DNA of 34,980 bases from positions 1 through 34,980 of the forward strand of contig LWCA01000272.1 of NCBI GenBank assembly GCA_001642005.1. The letters run 5' to 3'. Made by a program: the position numbers and the translations under genes. Source of the DNA: Intoshia linei. Lineage: Eukaryota > Animalia > Orthonectida. The notes under the pieces were generated by a model. That model made no database searches and had not been told where the DNA came from. It saw only the letters and a program-made list of their open reading frames with translations. This document shows positions 1 to 10,727 of the stretch, piece by piece (the stretch's first letter is position 1; each line of letters begins with the position of its first letter).

Positions 1-415
1 TTGCGCGGCTAATTAGCGATTTGTGTGATAACTTTTCATATAAAGGTGGCAGAACAAAAATAATGGTATCAACAAGCGTACTTTTTAATTCCTTTTTTAA
101 TAGAAATGAAATATTCATGAAAATTAATGTTAATAGACCAAAAAATAATATCAATCGGAATGTCCTATGTTTATTGCACGCACTGTAATGTGGGAAGCAA
201 AGTTGCCAGAAAGTGTGTAATGTTACACATTTCTATAGATATGTGAAATGATAAAAAAACACATAATTTCACAAAAATTTAAAAAGTTTATTTTTTGTAA
301 AATGTGCGTAACTAAAGCGACCAGAATAAAATCTAACAACTTGTATTATCATTCAAAATATATCTAAACTATATTTGACATTTTTATACAAAATTTAATC
401 TCTTAAATTTAAATA

Positions 416-2282
416 TTGAATATGAGCCGAAAGTTAAATTTTTCTATGTTGCTGAATCAAAATGACCTGGAAATACGGAATGAAAAAATTTTTTGTTTAC
501 GTTGTAAAAATGTATACCCTATACACAAGGGAACATTAAAACGGCATGTTTTGACAGCCTTACATTCTAATGCACCAAATGTTTTACCTGTTTTAGATAC
601 CGATCAATCATCCAGTATTGTAAAAACTTTAAAAATAGAAATATGTATGGCTATTTATTCAGCTTGTCACACCTCTATCCTTTCAATCGAACATTTTACA
701 AAATTACTTAATACATTTAAAATATCAAATACACCTGTAAGATTAGGACGTACAAAGTGTTCGCAATTGATAAAAAATGTCATTTCTCCTGTTTTCTTTA
801 AAGAAATTGTCACAACATTAAAAGATCAACCATTATCCCTTATTGTCGATGAATCAACGGATATATTGTGCGAAAAATACTTGTGTGTTGTTATAAAATT
901 TTACTCCCCCAAATATTGTAGAATTGTTTCCTTTTTTTGGGATTAATTCATGTAACACGAACAGATGCTGATACACTATGTGGCTTACTTATTAAATTTT
1001 TCCAAGATTCTGGGATAAGTATCAAAAATTCTTATAAAGTGCATTTGCCATTCTTTAAACTTGTGTTGTTTGCGAGCATTTGATGATCTTCCAATTGATA
1101 TTGACAGTATAATACGAAACACATATAGCTTTTTACACCGCTCCAGTTTGAAAACCAGTGAATATGCTAATTTATTTAAATTAGTCGATAGAAGATATCC
1201 TTACAAATTTATCCCAATCAGCACAACAAGGTGGCTAGTACGCGGAAAAGCCATCAATTATAATTAATTATAAGTAATTATAACACAGTGGAGCACCTTA
1301 AAAGACTATTTTCAATTATGTATATCAAATCGTTCAAACTTGTCAGTTGCTGAGAATCTTGTAAGCTTATACAATCACGTGAATTTTGCGTATCTTTTAT
1401 TCCTTAAGCCGATTCTTTTTGAATTCAAATCCATGAACCGCAAGTTTCAATCTGAGAAAGCAGATCATTGCCGAATTTTGGTGGAGTTGAATAATTTTGT
1501 TAAATAGGTAATGTCCCGAATTATAAAAATAGAATATAATAATATGGCATTTGATTTTGAAAATGTGTTCAAAGACTTTGATGATGTAGATAGCGGTTAT
1601 GACTGTTACTGTTTTTTTGGAAATTTTTATCTGATAACAAACTTACAGAAAGCGAGATATTGGCCATTAAAAAGAAATGTAGATTATTTTTAATAACTCT
1701 AATCAAACAACTGTTTAAGAGGGTTTCTAAAAATGTTCGGATTTTAGACAAGATTCAATATGTTTCTCCATCCATTATCTTAAAGCACAACAAAAGAAAA
1801 TCTTTTTCAATGTTACCTCTAGAATTAGCCGAATTTACAAAATTAGGTATCATTGAAAGTCAATGGAGAAGTATAATTAATATAAATTGGTGTGATAAGT
1901 TGAAAACGGATAGGCTACCAGACGGTTCTACTTTTTTGACGATGGTTTTAACTTATAGGGATTCTGAAGGTGTCTTAGAATTTAAAGAGTTGACACTTTT
2001 TGCACTTAAAGTGTATTGCATCCCAATAAGTAATAATAAGCTGTAATAGAAAGAGTTTTTTCTGATCTAAATAATGTCCAAACCAAGCAAAGAAACAGAA
2101 TGAAAAAGAAAATGTTAAGCTCAATTCTGACTATCCAAAGCACGTTTCAAACTACTGGTTTGTGTTATGACTGCTTTGTTCCACCTAAAGAAATGATGAA
2201 TTACAATTCAAATATATACAATATTTTGGATAAATCAAATGAAAGTGCAGAATCTGATGACGATTCACATTTAATATTATAA
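416..2282 (+). pseudogene. Degenerate hAT-superfamily transposase (Tip100/ZNF862-like), fragmented by frameshifts and stops
   Basis: Consecutive ORF pieces carry hAT motifs in the expected order: N-terminal zinc finger (CLRC...LKRHVLTALH), first catalytic Asp (LIVDESTD), CxxH (KCICHSLNL, ~1037-1063), TRW (STTRWL), and the hATC dimerisation region (CIPISN then, after a frameshift, VIERVFS..KQRNRM). The left end probably lies outside the window. Confidence 0.9.
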
Positions 2283-2512
2283 TTAATAATTATGTGCGAT
2301 AAAAACGACATAACTTTGTGAATTACCTAATAAAACTGTAAATTTTGTCTAAAATTAAGTTTTGCTTTTTAGTCTAAGAAGCGATAAACATACATTTTGA
2401 ATATATTCAATAAAGTATTCTTCATATTTGTGGGCTTAAAGTCTAGGCTAAACTGCATAAGGCCCAGCACTTCAAAGCCGTGCATATTGGAAAAAAATAA
2501 TAAATAAAAACC

Positions 2513-4152
2513 TATCAATATTGGCTATAAATGATTTAGGTTTTTTGATAACAGTATCTAAAATTGACAAATTGTTAAAAAAGATGATAAAAATTAAACC
2601 AATAGTCTTTTTGGAGAATTTCAGTTGTTGGTATCCAGTTTTTTTTCTAAAACCAAAATTAAAAAAGTAACCCCTGAATAAAATTAAAAATTGTAACTAA
2701 AAAACAAACCTTTTACGATAATTAATCTTTATGGAACAAGGGGGGCAAAGGCCTAAATATTAATAAAAATGAATGAATAGATTAAATTACGTAGTTTGAC
2801 AAGGGCACTTTTATTTTCTTCGTTTTCGACATAATTGAAATTAACCTCCCAGCTGGTCAACGATTTTCTGGAATCACATCGGGTAGAACCGCAAATAAAT
2901 TGTCCTAAAATTAAAAATGTAAAAAATAAGTTTAATATTGAAATCAAAGAAAATATCAATTAAAAACCTTTTCCAATGATAACTTCCTTTTCTGTTCGCC
3001 AGCGCATGGCAATCTTAAATGTAAATTTAAAAATATTAATAAAAAATGTACTCGTCCTGATTTGTAATGTTTAATGTTACTGATGCAATACTCTTTATAC
3101 AGTCGATTATAATACTTATTTACCAATTTAATTTCCCTAAAAAATGTAAAATGAATAAATTAAAATAAATGCTACCAAAATTTACCATTGAGACAAATGT
3201 TTTAGTTTTTTATCGTCCTTAATAAATTGATAATTTTTTTGTAACAAATCATATTCTTCGTCTTCCTTAGTTCTAAAATTTTATTTGACAATATTAAACA
3301 TTATTAAACCCTTTTCCATTTTCACAAACATTCATATTTCTAATACGTAAATAAGTATTTACATAATCTTTGTGACGTGAATACTAAAAAAAAATAAATA
3401 AATTTATACATTTATTTAACCCTTTCTGTCTAGTGCAATTTTATGTACTATCACGGTGATAATATCACCACAAGTCTGAAATTTATGTTTTAATTTCAAC
3501 TTTTATAACTTGTATTAATTTAATTTATAATTGGGCCCAATCTGACATAAAATTAATTGGTACCAATTTGTAAATGAAAATTTTTATCAAAATGTTTTTA
3601 AATCGTCTTTGACCATGAGGTCTGTTGCTATAAAAGCTGTAATGTTTGCAATTGCAACTATAAAAAATATTTGTAAAAATACCGAATTGATAACAGAATC
3701 GTAGCTTAAATTAAATTAACGCTAATAAGAAAATTATATAATATATGCTAAATTTTGTGGTTGTTTCATTTGCATCTTGAAAGTTTAAAACTTATCATTT
3801 AATTGTAATTGGAACCATGTGTGAATGATAATTTCAATAAAAAATAAATTAATCTGCAAATAGATTCTTTCTGAAAATATATTAAGCATAAAAGAATAAA
3901 GTTTTTCATTATTTTATTGTGTATAACAGAATGCACAGACAGCAAAAGGGTTAAATTTGGAAAATTTAATTACTGCATCCATATGTATTTGTTGTTTATC
4001 TTTTTCTTTATTTTCGCTAAATATTGTAGAATATACAAAAAAATGATACATTAATTTCATTTTTTTGGAGGAACTGGCTAAAATTTTAATTACTGTAAAT
4101 TTATCAATATTAAATAAAGCGGAATTATCAGTTTTAATAGTAATTTACCCAT
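2513..4152 (-). CDS. FRA10AC1: FRA10AC1 homolog (spliceosome-associated), multi-exon; 3' end approximate
   Basis: Spliced translation gives MASSSKKMKLIENKEKDKQQIHMDA|YSRHKDYVNTYL...|EYDLLQKNYQFI..W|EIKLVNKYYNRLYKEYCI..|IAMRWRTEKEVIIGKG|QFICGSTRC..LTSWEVNFNYVENEENKSALVKLR|LCPPCSIKINY. This matches FRA10AC1 signatures (MDAYxRH, YYxxLxKEY, RWRxEKEVxxGKGQFxCG, SWEVNFxY, ALVKLRLC). All joins are GT-AG. Confidence 0.9.
3420..3950. mobile_element. piggyBac-like non-autonomous element (MITE) in a FRA10AC1 intron
   Basis: TTAA at 3416-3419 and 3951-3954 flank imperfect ~18-bp terminal inverted repeats (left CC..TTTCTGTCTAGTGCA, right TGCACAGACAGCAAAAGGG). No long ORF inside. Confidence 0.75.
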
Positions 4153-5015
4153 ATGTATAAATTTATCAATTTTTCATTTGATTTTAAAATATTGTAGTGT
4201 TCTTTAAATTTGAGATTTATTTTTTATGTTGTTTTGGTGATTTGTACACATTTAAATTATTAATATTATTTAAATGTGCGTGACAAATTTTATTTGAAAT
4301 TAGAATAAAGCATAATTCATCATAGGAGGTTTTTTTTGATAAAATGAACTAAATGGGAGCATCTTTTGTTAAAGTGAGAATTTAAATAAAAATTGATATT
4401 ATAATATCATAACTATCAAATCCAGGCCCGAGTACGACTCTCCGTGGCCGTGGAGAGGTGACTAGAGGTTATGTGGCAGAGATGACGAAATGTGTTTTCA
4501 TAATGAACATACCACTTGACATGTTTTTTAAGAAAATGATAAATTTACCTACAAAAAGTTTTTGATTAAATTTTTATAAATTGTTAATTTTTAATATTGT
4601 ACAAATAAATTTTAAATTGACAAGAAAATATTGATTCATATTTTGTTAAATTTTAAATTAAAAATCTCTAAATTTATGAATCAAAAAAGGCTCTGTAATA
4701 AAATTTGAGGATTACCACACAAAAGAGTCAGAATATTTAATAATTGTTTTAAAATGTAATCATTCTTAAGTTCAATTAACGGGTTCAAAAAAATTGTGAA
4801 TTTACCTATCTAAAGAAATTGATGGAAATTTTGTTAAGAATCCAAAAAATTTAAATTAAAATTATTACAAGAAATATTAAAGTTTAGAATCTCAACCTTA
4901 CATTGAGATAAAAAGTTCAATTGCGGAATAACGTTTTGATTATGTCTAAATTCATAATTATGAAAAACAATAAATTGCATCGATTATTTCAATATAAAAT
5001 AAACTTTATTTTAAT

Positions 5016-8000
5016 ATGCAAATTTCTACTTTGGATGACGTTACCTGTGTTCCAGGTAAAATGGTATTTAAACGTATTAATTACTAAAAAAGGTCAAATT
5101 TTAATTGAAAATGGACCAAATTGTGTACTTGGAGAAGGCGTTTATTCTAGAAATGATAAAATAATTAGCTCCATGGCTGGGAAAATATCTATATCTAATG
5201 TCAATCAAAAAGTAATTTTTTTTATTATGTAGTTTATTATTAAACGAATATTCCATATTTTTATATAAGAGTAGTTATCCGCTTTTTTATCGTAGTCTGA
5301 AAAATTTGAATTTTAAACTATCGGAATGTTAAATGTTACATTCTTAATTTAAAAATCATCATTTAATTCTTAGTAAGGATTCCTTACTTATATAAAGTGC
5401 TCTGTTTGTCTGTGTGTGTTTATCATTTATTTCAATAACTACCAGTCAGAATTTTATAAAGTATACATTTCTATTACGTTTTTTTCCGGGTGAAAGTAAA
5501 ATAAATTTCAACCTCCGAAATTCACATCTTAACTGTCAAAAACATTTATTTTCCTTTTTTTTAAAAATCAAACGAGTTCTAGAATTTAAAAAAATATATC
5601 TCTAGGTCCAAAACCACAAATTACTTTTTTTTAAAATAAAAAGAGCCCTAGAATTTAAAAAAATACAGGTGGTACAGTTGTATCCTGTTAACACCTAAAA
5701 AAAATTTCAATCGGAATAAGTGACGACTTCACGGTCAAAAAAGCATTTTAGTATTCATATATTTTTTTCCAAAATATTTTATTAAAACAAAAAATCTGAA
5801 ATAATTAACGGTCCGAAAATTAAAAAAAAAAATATTCTTATAGAGCTTATTTCAGTTGATATAAATAAAAAAGTTCAACCCAAAAATCTAAGCATTCCCG
5901 GTGAAAAATAATTTTTAATATATTATCAACCAATATTTTTCAAATATTTCGAATTAAAATAAAAATGAAGTGTAAATATTGATCCTACAATTTCAAAAAA
6001 AATGTGCATTGAACGTCTACACATTTCCAATTATAATAAAAATCTATATAATTCATTCCTTCGGAATTTTTTTTCATTGCTACGCAATTTTTCATACTCA
6101 TTACTTATTTTCAAAAATTTAACGAAATTTATTTTAAAACTACATTAATTTGCTGTACAGCAATTAAAAGTACAACTTTGTTATTATCATTTTTGTATTT
6201 ATTACAATGCTTGGCAATTTCTGTAAAATTCATCTGAAATGTTTTTAAACTGCTGCTTTCCTTAATTATTGATACAAAATTAATATTTTTTACTCATCGA
6301 AAGAAGATAGTGAATATACCAGGTTTATTTACAATTTTATTTTTTATGGAATTGAATATTTGCTATTTTGACAAATTTTAGGATTTATTATTTTTGAGAT
6401 TATACACTCATTACCTTTAATAAATTAAATAAATGGGATCACAAAATTGTTTTTAAAATTCTCTACAAAAATGCTAACCGAATAAAATTAAGTGGGAATT
6501 ATTCATTTTAAATTAAAAGCTAATGTGAAATTCAAGTTTAGGAATGACTTCTTTAAATGATTGTTAATAATGAGTAGCAATTTTAATTAAGATTTTATTA
6601 TTGTATTTATTTTTTTGGTAGAATTAGATAAATAATAAATAATTAAAACAATCTACATTTATTACGAAGAATACTGAATAAGCGATGTTTTTCTTTTCCA
6701 AGTTATTCAAACTCACCTAATGGATCAAAAATGAGAAGAAAAATTTTATTTGTTTCCAAAAAACTAAATATGAATATCATTGATGAAATACATGTATTAA
6801 AAATGCTATTCACTATTACCACTGCTTTAAAGTTTAAAGGAGTGGTTCCCAAATCTGTTACACCATAATACCGGTCATTTCACATTAGCTTTTAATTTGA
6901 AGTGAATTATTCCCACTTACTTTTATTTTGTTAACATTGTGTAAATAATTTTGTGATGCCATTTTTTTAATTAACATTTAACATTTAGGGAGAATAAGTG
7001 TATAATCTTAAAAATAAAGTAAAAAAGGTGCAATCCTAAAAATTGTCATAAATAAGTCAAATTCCAGAAAAAATAAAATTGCAAATAAACCTGTGTAGAA
7101 TTGCTTCTCTTGTATGTTTAATTACGTTGAGATAATTATCCTTATCTCATTACAACCGGTATTTTCTTTTTTAATAATTGGACGGTATACATTCAGTTTC
7201 TACTTTCGATAAGTAAAAAATAATGTATGTCAATAATTAACGAACTCAGCACTTTAAAAACATATTTCGGGTAAATTTTGCCAACATTGAAATAAATATA
7301 AAAATGATAATAACAAAGTTATAGTTCAAGTCATTTTTAACGGAAGGAATGAATTTATGAGATTTACACCCACATATCTTTATCGGAAGCTTGTAAACGT
7401 TCAATGTACATTTTTTTAAAATTGTAGATGAATATTTACATTTGTGAATACGTTTTAAATGTGTTTGTTTTTTTTTAAATTGTTAATATTTTAATTTAAT
7501 TTTTCTCACCTAAGTACTGTCTACCCAACGCCACGTACATTTAAAAAATATATCTGGAATCGTCTGCCCTTGTCACACGTAGTTACGTTTGTACCGAGTT
7601 GAATTTACCTTAATCTCGCCTTAGATAATAATTTTGTTTTAAAATTACAATGTTTAATTAAATGTGTACCTTATTTATTACAATTGCTAATTTGTTAATT
7701 ATAATTATTTTAGATTAAAATTGATATAAAAAATAAAAATAAAAGTTTTGTTATTCCAAAGATTGATTCTATTGTGGTTGCTCGAGTATTTTTATAAATT
7801 ATATTTTTTATTTTAATTTTTGGTACGTTTTCTGAAACTTGTACTAAAAATAATCATTTTCAAATTGATAAGATAACATAATTGTTGAACCCTGTTTTAA
7901 CCACACTTTAATTTAAGTATCATTTTACTGGTTCGTTAAAATACATTTACATTTTCACCGGTCTGGAAGAGATTAAAGGTTGGAAAACTTCCATCTATTC

Positions 8001-9636
8001 CTAATAATTCGATATAATTCACGGGACCATATGAAAATGGCAGCCAGTTTTTATAATTTTCAAAGTAAATTAAAACTATTTATTTTTTATATAAAATTTA
8101 TAAATATTATTACTCAAACCTAGGTAAATAGATTGGGTTAATATAAAAGGAAATTTTTAAGTGAATGAGAATACAAAAAAAATAAATATGATAAATTTTT
8201 ATTATGTCTCAAATGTTAAATAAATAAATTATTTTAACTTTTTAAGTCTTACATATTTAATATTATAAATTTTTAGGTGGACAAAGTCGAAAAAATACGA
8301 TGTACTTGTACTATTTTTAGAGTAGATGAAATTCAAACTAGTTTATTTTACGGTGTTATAAAGTAATTTTTTTATTATTATAATATTTACAACTACATAC
8401 ACGTATACACTTTATGTACGCTTTTATTTTATTTATTGTTAAATTATAGGACAGAGGTCGTAAAACAGAACCACATGGTCTGAAAAATATTTATTTGATT
8501 GGGGTCCATTTTATAAAAATTATAATTCATGTTATTATAGAGGCCGCTGATTTAGAAATTTATGAATTATGGTGGAATGGGGTGACAGGGGCGTTAGTTT
8601 AAAAAGGTTGAGATCCCTGAACTAATGAGTAACACTAAAAAGCTTATGAATCCTTAGTTAAGAGCAATCAAGTAATTTAGTTTTTAATCTATTCATTAAT
8701 GACCTTTCCTAAGTTAGTTATTAACGCCAAAGAGTATTATTTTAACCAATCTCCACTTTTATTTAAATAAAAAAAACGCCACCAGGGCGGAATCGAACCG
8801 CTGCGAATCCAATCACCTACGGTTTTGAAGACCGCACTCAAGACCACTCAAGCTCATGGCGGCAATATTTTTATATATTATTATTATATATATAAAATAT
8901 TGATTTAGTCGTGACGATGTTCGTAAAACTGAAAAAGACAAAATTCAAATGTATAATTGCTTTAGACCCGGTGATATTATTATGGCTAAAGTTGTAAGTT
9001 TATTTGTTCTTTATTTATTACCACGTTTACAAAATAAAATATATTCGACCAGTGGGTTTCGTTTAATTTCACTTTTTTATTGGCCCATTATTTATATTAC
9101 ATTTATGAATGAGTGTTTTTTTAAATCCAAATTATTTTTACTAAAAATCAAAATTTACCAACCCTAAAATGAAAAAATCAGTTTTAGGGTTCGTAAGACT
9201 GAATTTTTGCCTAAAAACTTGGTAAAAGTGGCTTTTTCCCTTAGCGGTTTGTAAAAATAGTTGTGTTAAAAATATTCTCTATATGCATCATGATTAAAAT
9301 AATAAATGGATAACTGAATATACAAATAATGAATATTTTACTATTTTTATACTTTCATTTTGAACAATTAATGTATTACATTAGGTATCTTTGGGAGAGG
9401 CGAACATGTATTGGCTTGCGACAAATTCTAATGAATTAGGAGTGATATTAGCTAAAAGTAAAGCAGGTAAACTAAAAAACCCAAAAATATGACATCTTAA
9501 ATTTTTAACAGGTCATCAAATGATACCAATAAGCTGGCAAGAAATGCAATGTTTAGAAACATTTGATAAAGAATTTAGAAAAACTGCAAAGATAACTGAA
9601 AAACAGTTAAAAGAATTGTACCTAGAACACCTGTAA
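5016..9636 (+). CDS. EXOSC1: Exosome complex component CSL4; exons 5016-5055, 5093-5211, 7714-7785, 8277-8362, 8909-8993, 9385-9466, 9512-9636
   Basis: Spliced in frame: TCVPG|Q..LGEGVYSRNDKIISSMAG..|..IPKIDSIVVAR|V..FYGVIN|RDDVRKTEKDKIQMYNCFRPGDIIMAKV|VSLGE..YWLATNSNELGVILAKSKAG|HQMIPISWQEMQC..KEFRKTAK. These are typical Csl4 motifs (DVRxTEKDK, FRPGDI, NELGV, MxPISW, EFRK). Confidence 0.95.
5381..7440. mobile_element. Helitron-like repeat copy followed by a ~1.5-kb imperfect inverted repeat (5970-7440) in EXOSC1 intron 2
   Basis: 5381 onward (TCCTTACTTATATAAA..TGTGTGTGTT..CAATAACTACCAGTC) is homologous to the copies at 12162 and 19102. Many blocks in 5970-6630 are reverse complements of blocks in 6750-7440. 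Confidence 0.7.
8769..8776 (-). terminator. RNA polymerase III terminator of tRNA-Sec
   Basis: Run of 8 T on the minus strand directly after the discriminator base. Confidence 0.8.
8777..8863 (-). tRNA. tRNA-Sec (selenocysteine tRNA[Ser]Sec), anticodon UCA
   Basis: Reverse complement is GCCGCCATGAGCTTGAGTGGTCTTGAGTGCGGTCTTCAAAACCGTAGGTGATTGGATTCGCAGCGGTTCGATTCCGCCCTGGTGGCG (87 nt). It folds with a 9-bp acceptor stem (one mismatch), a long D-stem with a 4-nt TGGT loop, anticodon loop CT-TCA-AA, a long variable arm, a 4-bp T-stem (GCGG-TTCGATT-CCGC) and discriminator G. This is the eukaryotic 9/4 tRNA-Sec architecture. Confidence 0.95.
8870..8900 (-). promoter_or_regulatory. Candidate upstream TATA element of tRNA-Sec
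   Basis: TATATATA and TATATAAAAA lie about 10-35 nt upstream of the tRNA 5' end. Animal tRNA-Sec genes use upstream TATA/PSE promoters. The AT-rich background weakens the call. Confidence 0.45.
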
Positions 9637-9644
9637 ATATATAT

Positions 9645-10554
9645 TTACAAAAACGTTTGTGGTATCAAATAGTCGGAAGGTGTATTGGATCGTCTTGGTT
9701 CATTTAGAAAGGAAGCCTCATCGATGAATTTGGCAAAATTATATTTTAATTGTTGAAATTTATCGATTTGTAACGCTAATTCACTTTTCAAATTATTATT
9801 AATTGTATGAATCTGCTCAATTTTGAATTCTAGTTGTCTAACTGTTTCATTTCGGACACTCAACTCTTTCCGCAATACAACTTCGACATGATTATCGACG
9901 GGAACATGTATTAACTCATCTTCAACTTTAACACTAACAACGTGTGATGATGTTTTTCTAGTAATATTGTTAATTTCTTCTTCATGTTCAAGTTTTAGTT
10001 TGTTAATTTGCTTTGTAATTGTTAAATTTTTCGAAATTTCATTTTCGATTAATTTGTTTCTTTCATTCATCGATGCTTTTTGTTTTTCAATTAATAATTT
10101 TTGCATTTTTTCATATTCAATACTAATATCCAACAAAAATTGTTCCATTCTTTTTTCAATAAGTTTCTTGTAAGTTTGCATAAAGTTCTAATCTCACAAT
10201 TATTTAATATGAGTAAAATATAACCTCCTTTTCCGTGTTAATTTTTTCAGTTTCAAATTTTATCTCGTTCCGGTACTTACTTTTCAAATTTTTAACATTT
10301 TCTTGAAATTTTTTTTCTCTTTCCATGTCCTCTTTTTTACTCAATTCAATTTTGTATTTTTCAATTTCTGTATTAAGAAATGTTTCATTTGCAATTTCAA
10401 TCTTTTTTTCAATTTCTTGGCCAATTTCTAAAAATTTTTTTTAAATTTTATGTTTCTTACTCAATATTTCGATATGGGTCACATTTTGAATTGTATCTAG
10501 CGAATCATTAGGTAATCCATCAGTAGTAGTTGGTTTTCCATGTCTGTTAGTCAT
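9645..10554 (-). CDS. C6orf163-like coiled-coil protein; exons 10554-10461, 10427-10225, 10187-9645
   Basis: Introns of 33 and 37 bp splice in frame. N-terminal THIEILKIG and C-terminal FAKFID...SDYLIP resemble the recalled C6orf163 motifs THKDILDIG and FxKFI...ADFILP. The middle is an E/K-rich heptad region. Confidence 0.7.
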
Positions 10555-10727
10555 AATTACAAATCAATAATTCTTTTTAAATGGATCACTCCTATTGACA
10601 CAAATAAACAGATAATGGTATATTAATCTCATTTATGTTAATTATTTTATTTTTTCAATTTCGTCGATAGTATTTACTTGTGATAATAATTTTAATACAA
10701 ATTTAAAAACATGAAAAATAAATCCTT

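Noticed and set aside
8777-8863. Opal-suppressor, tRNA-Trp(UCA) or tRNA-Ser interpretation implying an altered genetic code
   Set aside because: The 9/4 stems, long D-stem and variable arm are diagnostic of tRNA-Sec. Trp codons seen in conserved motifs are TGG, and TGA appears to serve as a stop.
9967-10173. Plus-strand hydrophobic 68-aa ORF
   Set aside because: It is the antisense shadow of the E/K-rich coiled-coil exon.
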